A DNA stretch of 64,000 nt from Torpedo marmorata (lineage: Eukaryota): NCBI GenBank assembly GCA_977017645.1, contig OZ360251.1, positions 34,658,001 through 34,722,000 on the forward strand, in the 5' to 3' direction. The position numbers and the translations under genes were made by a program. Below, one piece after another: positions 61,601 through 64,000 of this stretch (position 1 is the stretch's first letter; every line of letters starts with the position of its first letter). The notes below the pieces were generated by a model, which saw only the letters and a program-made list of their open reading frames with translations, had not been told where the DNA came from and searched no databases.

Positions 61601-63141
61601 GTGTGGGACCCCGACGCCATGGCCACCCTCTGGCTTACCGGTACGATCGTTAGGCCACAGCGTTGAACAGTATCCGGGTGGATAAAGCTCTCAGTGCTGC
61701 CAGTGTCGAATAAACACGTTATCTTGTGTCCCTCGACCAGTATGTCCATCATGGATCTTGTCAGCTGGTGGGGAACGTTCTGGTCGAAGGTGATGGATGC
61801 CAAAGTTGGGGTGAAGTCGTCTTGGTCCAAGGTCTTTAAAAATGGCCGCTCCCGTGGGTTGCACGTGTCGCTGGAGGTCTCTGTACAAAATGGCGGCGCC
61901 GGAAGTGCAGGAAGTAACGAGGTACGGCTCTGAGATGGCGGCGCCGGAAGTGCCAGCATGAAAGATGGCCGCTTCCACTCCTCACACGCGGTCGGCGCCG
62001 GAAGTGCTAGTCTGCAAGATGGCCGCTCCCATCTCTCGCACGCGGCACTACTCGGGCCCGCGCGCGGCTTGGAGCGGCAGGCCTTCGCGAAGTGGCCTTT
62101 ATTGCCGCAGTTGGAACAAGTCGCGTCGCGGGCCGGGCAGCGTTTCCTCTTATGCTTGTCGAGCCCGCAGAAGTAGCACTTCTCGGGCTCGCGATTAACA
62201 GCTGCGGCGGTGAGAGTAGCGTCGGTAGCGGTCGGGTCGCGGGTAACGGCGGCAGCAATCGGGTCGCGGGCCACAGCGGCCACAGTTGGATCGGTGGGGC
62301 TGGGGGACGGGGCGATCCACGCATTAGCCTGGGGGTCCCGCGTCTGCATCGCGTCGGAGTTCTGCAGCGCGGACTCCAGCGTGCGAGCCATCGCCACCGC
62401 AGAACGGAGATCGAGGTCAGAGTGCTCCAGCAGTCGCTGGCGTACGTATACTGACCTCATCCCCATAATAAAGGTGTCCCTCTCCAGCAGATCAACATGT
62501 TGTTCTTCAGTCAGCGCTTTACAGGCGCACGCTCGCACTAGGGACTGGATGTCCCTGACAAAGTCCACTATTGACTCCCCGGCCCGCTGTTTTCGTAACG
62601 ATAGTCTATACCTCGCGTAGACCTCATTAACAGGGGTCACATAGATCTTTCTCAGGGCCTCCATCGCCTCGTCGTACGTCCCGCATTTCCAGATGGTTGA
62701 ATACAACCGAGGGCTTACCCTAGATACTAGGACCTCTAGTTTCTGCTCGTCGCTTTCGGCTTTGACCTCCTTTGAGAACGATCAGAGGCAGCGTAGCCAG
62801 TGTTCGAATGCATGGCCAGCATCAGGAGCTAAAGGGTCGATGTCCAGTCGGTCCGGTCGGAGGGCGCCTTCCATAATTTTTCTTATGTGTATTAAATTGA
62901 TATTCCTATCAATTAGCACTCAAGAGACTATGAGAGGGTTAACGAACCATAGGCTTTAATACACATAAAACAGACCAACAGTAGACCTGCAGATCTCGAC
63001 CGGACTGTGGGCGGAGCAGTGGCACACAGGCCTTTATTCAGGTGAGAAAAGGGGAGGGATTACCTGGACACCCAAAGGAGGGGAGAGGAGTCGCCGGGAC
63101 AGACAGCAGTACATACAATACACAAACAGTGGTTTTCCACA
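58609..63141 (-). mobile_element. Gypsy LTR retrotransposon B, near intact
   Basis: 244-bp LTRs 58609-58852 and 62898-63141 (TG..CA, about 3 differences); 5-bp TSD ATGAT; PPT AAAAGGAGGGGTGAA. Confidence 0.97.
58940..62874 (-). pseudogene. gag-pol of Gypsy B (zinc knuckles, PR, RT, RNase H, IN)
   Basis: ATG 62874; CYFCGLDKHKRKRC, CSNCGNKGHFAKAC, LFDTGS, YLDD, ESDAS, HSDRG; TGA at 62784-62782 and a frameshift ~61060. Confidence 0.92.
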
Positions 63142-63943
63142 ATGATAACACGAGTATATACAGTACTTGTCCTGCGTATGTATTGTTTGTGTGTGTGTGA
63201 TGTCTGGTTGTGTGTCTACGTGTTTTGCACCGAGGACCGGAGAACGCTGTTTCGTCGGGTTGTACTTGTGCAATCAGATGACAATAAACTTGACGTGACT
63301 CTTACAGGGAGCTAGTATAGATTAGCCAAGCTGAAGGGCCTCCTTCGTGCTGCCGATTTGGTGTCAGACCACGAACAGTCAAGGAGTCTGCGATTGGACA
63401 ACATCCCTGTGATGGAGGGAAGGGTGAATGTGTGACGCCTGCCCCTTCCCTTCTCTCAAACACTCCCCCCCCTCCATCCCGTGGAAGTGGCAGCCTTCAA
63501 TTGACACACTCACTCCCCACTGACCCCAGGCAGTGGAGGAGGGGAGAGGAGGTCAGCCAGGAACCCAACCATAGTCCCCGACCCTGGCCTTTGACCTCGG
63601 TTTCGGACCCTCGCCTCTAAACCCGACCTTTGAACTTGGCCCCTGACCCTGACCTCTGACCCACACCCAATATCTCAAGTTCTGATTCGTGCTTATCTTC
63701 ACATGACACCTGAGAAGGGTTCTTCTGCGAGTGGTCTAGCAAGTCAACTCCAACATTCATACAGGTGTACGAGTGGTAGGGCAAGAGCACAGTTACAGAT
63801 GTTACAAATTCAAACCAGCAACGACAGAAGACGCAATGCAAAAGGGGTAAAATTGAAATTTATATTTATTAAAGACAATTAAACATATAATTTCACAACA
63901 ATTAACCCCACTATAAATGTCTATAACCACTATTCTTATCTAA

Positions 63944-63945
<2 letters not shown>

Positions 63946-63984
<39 letters not shown>
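63946..63984. repeat. (GT)n microsatellite
   Basis: Directly visible. Confidence 0.95.
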
Positions 63985-63987
<3 letters not shown>

Positions 63988-64000
63988 GCCCAGACCATTA

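Larger units (their letters stand above)
58320..63163. mobile_element. TcMar-like MITE split by Gypsy B (pieces 58320-58608 and 63142-63163)
   Basis: TA-CTGTAGAAACTCGTGT ... ACACGAGTATATACAG-TA. Confidence 0.7.

Noticed and set aside
58940-62874. PDRLD motif at both the N- and C-terminus of Gypsy B gag-pol
   Set aside because: The C-terminal RRSxRxxKPPxR motif is generic for Gypsy integrase tails, and Gypsy A lacks the duplication
63550-63670. Degenerate (TGACCC/T)n tract resembling nuclear-receptor half-sites or telomeric variants
   Set aside because: Low-complexity sequence with no other support
63800-64000. Possible start of a solo LTR (TGTTAC...)
   Set aside because: Cut by the window edge; no second end or TSD visible

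Overview
Vertebrate genomic DNA, very probably elasmobranch (HE1/V-type tRNA SINEs with CR1/HER1-type tails). It is mostly interspersed repeat: CR1, Rex1/Babar, L1, Tx1, Penelope-like elements (PLEs), TcMar/hAT MITEs and two full-length Gypsy LTR retrotransposons. The one host gene I recognise is fosB on the minus strand. Exons 1, 2 and 4 are visible; exon 3 is absent and presumably lies in the 100-N gap. Its promoter has TATA, CRE, CArG/SRE and SIE-like sites. Main observations: (i) both Gypsy elements have no tRNA primer-binding site; the PBS position is instead complementary to the element's own LTR, with different sequences in each element, suggesting self-priming; (ii) many minimal hammerhead-ribozyme motifs in PLE termini, including inverted pairs in fosB intron 1 and the likely 3'UTR; (iii) a conserved deltaFosB-type splice donor with a frameshifting acceptor in exon 4; (iv) repeat-free CpG-rich motif clusters in intron 1 and about 18.6 kb upstream. 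Coordinates were read by eye; repeat boundaries are approximate unless a TSD is quoted.
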